A stretch of 64,000 nucleotides of DNA from Bugula neritina. Lineage: Eukaryota > Animalia > Bryozoa. The stretch covers positions 1,517,751 through 1,581,750 of the forward strand of contig OZ037773.1 of assembly GCA_964035545.1 (NCBI GenBank), given 5' to 3'. Of this stretch, positions 60,501 to 64,000 are shown piece by piece. The notes under the pieces were generated by a model that worked only from the letters and a program-made list of their open reading frames with translations, was not told where the DNA came from and searched no databases. The translations under genes were made by a program, and so were the position numbers. Position 1 is the first letter of the stretch. Every line of letters starts with the position of its first letter.

Positions 60501-62378
60501 TGTTTCCAAAGTTTATCGCTTCTGATAACCACAAAAGGCTGAACGCTGAAATTTGACTTTGTGCGTGGCATCATGATATCATAAAGTATGACTTTCTTTC
60601 ATAATTTGAAATCTGTCATTTGGTTGTAAGCTTTTACATGGTGTCCACTTAGGTGCTGCGCATAGACAAAATGAGAGCTGTAAATCTTACTTTAAAAGCA
60701 AGGTTTGTAATAATTTTCTTGCATAACGAAAGTTATTCAATTAGAAAATTATCTGTAAAGGTTGGCAAAGCAAAGACAACTGTACATCAAATTATCAAGA
60801 AGTTTATGGAGACTGGCAGTGTAGCAGATCAACCTGGAAGTGGACGACCAAGAATAAGCACACCCAGAGATGACAAGGTTCTCATTAGAATCAGCAAGAA
60901 GGATCATCATAAAACAAGTTCTGAGTTGGCAAAGAATGCTCAGAATCAACAGGAACAGCAGCTTCGACATCCCAGATAAGGCGAAGATTGCCGAGCCATG
61001 GTCTACATGGCTGCAAAGCAAGACGGAAGCCTCTACTAACCGAAAAGTAGCAAAAAAACCGGCTACGTTGGGCCAAGGAGCATGGTAGTTAGACAGTGAA
61101 TGATTAGAAAAAAGTAATTATTTCAGATGAATTCACATCATGCTGGAAACTGTTTTGTTAGAAAATACCAGTATGAGGAATATAACCCCTAATGTATTCT
61201 TCGAACAATTAAGCACCCTATCGGTGTTATGTTCTGGGGTTGTATAACATCAAAAGGTGTAGGTCGACTCAGTAATTGCTCTGGAATGATGTTAATGCCC
61301 AAAAATAATATATAGAGAATCTCAATGCTAAACTTCTTCCAATCATAAAAAACTTCTTTTTAAATGAAATTAACATATTTGAAGATGACAATGCACCATG
61401 CCAATGGGCAAAAACTGTTACAGAGTAGATGAAAAAGCAGAGGATCTCAACACCTAACTGGCCAGCACAAAGCCGGGACTTGAACCCAATAAGAAATTCA
61501 TGGTGAAAAATGGCTAAAATAGTCTCCTCAAAGAAGCCAACAACTAAGCTGACACTCATAGAGCCTGTAATTCATGCATGGCATCATGTTGTGACTGAAA
61601 ACGAGTTGGAGAAGCTGTACGATTCGATGCCTCGTCGCTGCCGACTTGTGATTGAGAATAAAGGCTGGCCAACAAAAAATTGATACTAAAATTTAAAGCA
61701 ATGCTGCTATAATGTGTATAACAATTCACATATAATATTTTTCTATGTTTCAAGTAAAATATTCTGATGTCCTACAGTACACACAAATTGTGAGAACATC
61801 AAATAATTCTCATATATGCATAGTATCTCATTGTTTCACCCAAATTTTGGAAGGAAGTGAAAAGAGACACTAATAATTTGTATAAATGAAATAAGGAGAT
61901 CTTGAGGAACATTTTGATAGGCATCATGCCTATGGAAATGCTTTTGTTATGTCTTAAAATTAGCTTGGAACATTGCTATTATGGAAAACAATGAAGCGTC
62001 CTTAAACTTTTTCACAGCACTGTAGATGTTAAGTACTGATAATAAACTTCAGTTGTCAAGTTTGCCCATGTAGCCTGTATCCGACAGTTTGATAAAATAA
62101 CATTATTGGCAAAAATAGAAAATCATACCTTTTGTCCCAGTTCAGTATGGAGTAAGAGATGTTTACGAAGAATAGTAATAAATGAACCCAAGAACATCTG
62201 GTGTTATTTAGATCTGTTGAGAAAATTTTCTAATGACTAGTACTCGAAAACGACAAACAGCAAAGCCAACCTTAGACCCAGGACACTATTTTAGCACTAA
62301 ACCCATATGATTAGAAAGCTTACTTTGGAGATTTGAGATAAGTTCGCGATTGTTGGTACCGCCCGACCTCCAAGCCAT
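57588..62378 (-). CDS. PCMT1: Protein-L-isoaspartate O-methyltransferase
   Basis: Exons 62324-62378, 59681-59817, 59041-59145, 58590-58682, 58234-58353, 57849-58024 and probable terminal 57588-57600: [47 protein letters not shown]...[23 protein letters not shown]. Confidence 0.95.
57620..57810. repeat. 18/14-bp minisatellite (AGTAGAGTGACTGACTAC) in the last PCMT1 intron
   Basis: Direct periodicity. Confidence 0.8.
59488..59668. repeat. 15-bp minisatellite (TAGAAGGTGAGAGTR)n in PCMT1 intron 2
   Basis: Direct periodicity. Confidence 0.88.
60273..62022 (+). mobile_element. Tc1/mariner DNA transposon (1750 bp) in PCMT1 intron 1
   Basis: Perfect 29-bp TIRs CAGTGCTGTGAAAAAGTTTAAGGACGCTT (60273-60301; 61994-62022), TA on both sides. 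Confidence 0.95.
60670..61690 (+). pseudogene. Disrupted Tc1-type DD34E transposase
   Basis: HTH with [26 protein letters not shown] and [13 protein letters not shown] motifs spread over several frames with stops and frameshifts. Confidence 0.88.
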
Positions 62379-63079
62379 CACACTATAACTCTCAAATACA
62401 GTTGGTAGAACAAGCAAACTGGCTAATAGCTTTCCTTTCTTAAATAACATCTATACCATACTGGACAGTAGTCAATCTGCAAAACAGTCACACTGAGTGA
62501 TGCATCATAATGATAAAATTGCAGTTGGTGTAGCTTAGACATCATCACAGTGATCATCTGCAATATTTAGAACTAGCTTCATCAAAATAAAAATAACAAA
62601 CTGTTGAGTATTGTTATTGAACAACTAGAAAGTATAAGATGAGAACTATAATAACAGCATGTATTGGTAGTTAACTGAGTAAACGTCAGCTGCTAGATCT
62701 GCGTTTACAATTACAGACTCCGGGACCCGTGAACTTATACTTACACACAGTAACTTATAGTTATTGTAACTGTAAGTATTTTAATTTATAGTGACACCGA
62801 TACTGGTAGTCATACTCACTTAGTTTTACTAATACAGTGATACTTATAGTTATAGTATTACTTATTGATATTCTTACAGTTAATCTTATAGTTATTAGTA
62901 CTTTAATCCATTTCCAGTATCTTTATTCATATTCATATTGACTTTGAGCATTAACAGAAAAACTAAGTCCAAAACTTTTGGCAAAGGTAAAAGTAAAGAC
63001 AAAGCAGTTGATTACAACTAAATTTACTTTTACTTTTAGTATTACTACAACAATAAGCATTAGTGATTAGCCTTTAGTT

Positions 63080-64000
63080 TTCTCATCTCATCTCATCTAA
63101 TTAATCTCACTCGGAGCGCTTTGGCTCCTTTATCGAGATGCAGTGGTGTATGAACAATTGTTTAGATTATCAGTAGTAAGTAAGAAAACCATTTTGTCTA
63201 CGAGATAAGAATATAGTTAATTATGCTTTGATTCAAAGCTCAATAGCTAGCTACTGCCAGGAGAGAAAAAAGAAAAAAAAGAAAAAGTAAAAAAAGTAAA
63301 AAAGTAAATAAATAAATAAATATACACCGCACAGCTTCAGATGATATAAAGTAGAGTCGGTGTTAAGTGCTTATAATCAGTTAGGCAAAGCAGCTAGAAT
63401 CATTAGAAAAGTTTATGGATGCGATGTTTATATGAATGTTTGGCAGTTTTGGTATTGATATTGCCCTTAATAGCACCATGTCTGGTATTGTGAGACTCTG
63501 CAAAATGAAGGGAGAACCGGTCTTGGTCTATAGCGGCACTACCAGAAAGCATACGAAAGTACATTTTTTGGTCTGCATTGTCACGTCTTTGTGCAAGGCT
63601 ATCCCAATTAGAATTTGTCATGAGCTCAGTTATATGATCTCGTTTTCTCTTACAGAATGTCCACCTGAAGGCTTTTCTATTTATACCTTCTATGATGTTG
63701 ATGTTTTTCAATTTAAATGGAGACCAGGTGTGGGTCGCAAATTCTAGTATAGGGCGACAGGCTGTTTTATAAGCTATGGCTCTGGTTTTACTTTTAGCCT
63801 TTTTTAGACAGCGCATCAGCATGTGTAATAATTTATTAGCTTTTGAGCAAATGTTTATTATATGTTGATCGAATGACAGTTTATTATCAATCGTGACACC
63901 AAGGTATAATACTTTGTCAACACATTGTAAGGGGTCATTATTCATGCTGTATTGAGACACTAGAGGATTTACAGTGGAGTGTTGAATTGTCATATGCTCA
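63080..64000 (-). mobile_element. 3' part of a non-LTR retrotransposon (CR1/L2 group); ORF2 C-terminus 63403->64000, 3' UTR and (GAGAT)n tail
   Basis: YLGVTIDNKLSFDQHI...AYKTACRPILEFATHTWSP in an open frame; short tandem tail at 63081-63098. Confidence 0.85.

Overview
AT-rich, intron-rich eukaryotic DNA, most likely from an invertebrate animal; nothing here looks prokaryotic. Six conserved genes can be reconstructed by hand: a large LYST (PH-BEACH-WD40) gene on the minus strand (~23-30098), a PEX10 with an intronless CDS (+), ANP32 (-), NUDT22 (+), STK19 (+) and PCMT1 (-). An intact tRNA-Leu(TAA) sits in a LYST intron. Mobile DNA includes four copies of a tRNA-derived SINE, several MITEs, a Tc1/mariner element with a dead transposase, two LINE 3' fragments and a very young Ty3/gypsy-type LTR element (48729-53992). 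The LTR element is the best candidate for an undescribed system. Its 352-bp LTRs look identical, and it has a 4-bp TSD, a tRNA-Leu PBS and a PPT. Its pol frame lacks RT, RNase H and the integrase catalytic core yet stays open. It also has a -1 frameshift signal blocked by an upstream stop, and an apparently spliced, non-Env third gene encoding C2H2 zinc fingers plus a coiled coil. A second theme is that many introns are filled by minisatellites that repeat the adjacent splice site, for example ~32 tandem TACTAAC+CAG acceptor modules. Most short ORFs in the supplied track are artefacts of these repeats. All protein identities come from recognising motifs by eye; no database searches were run.
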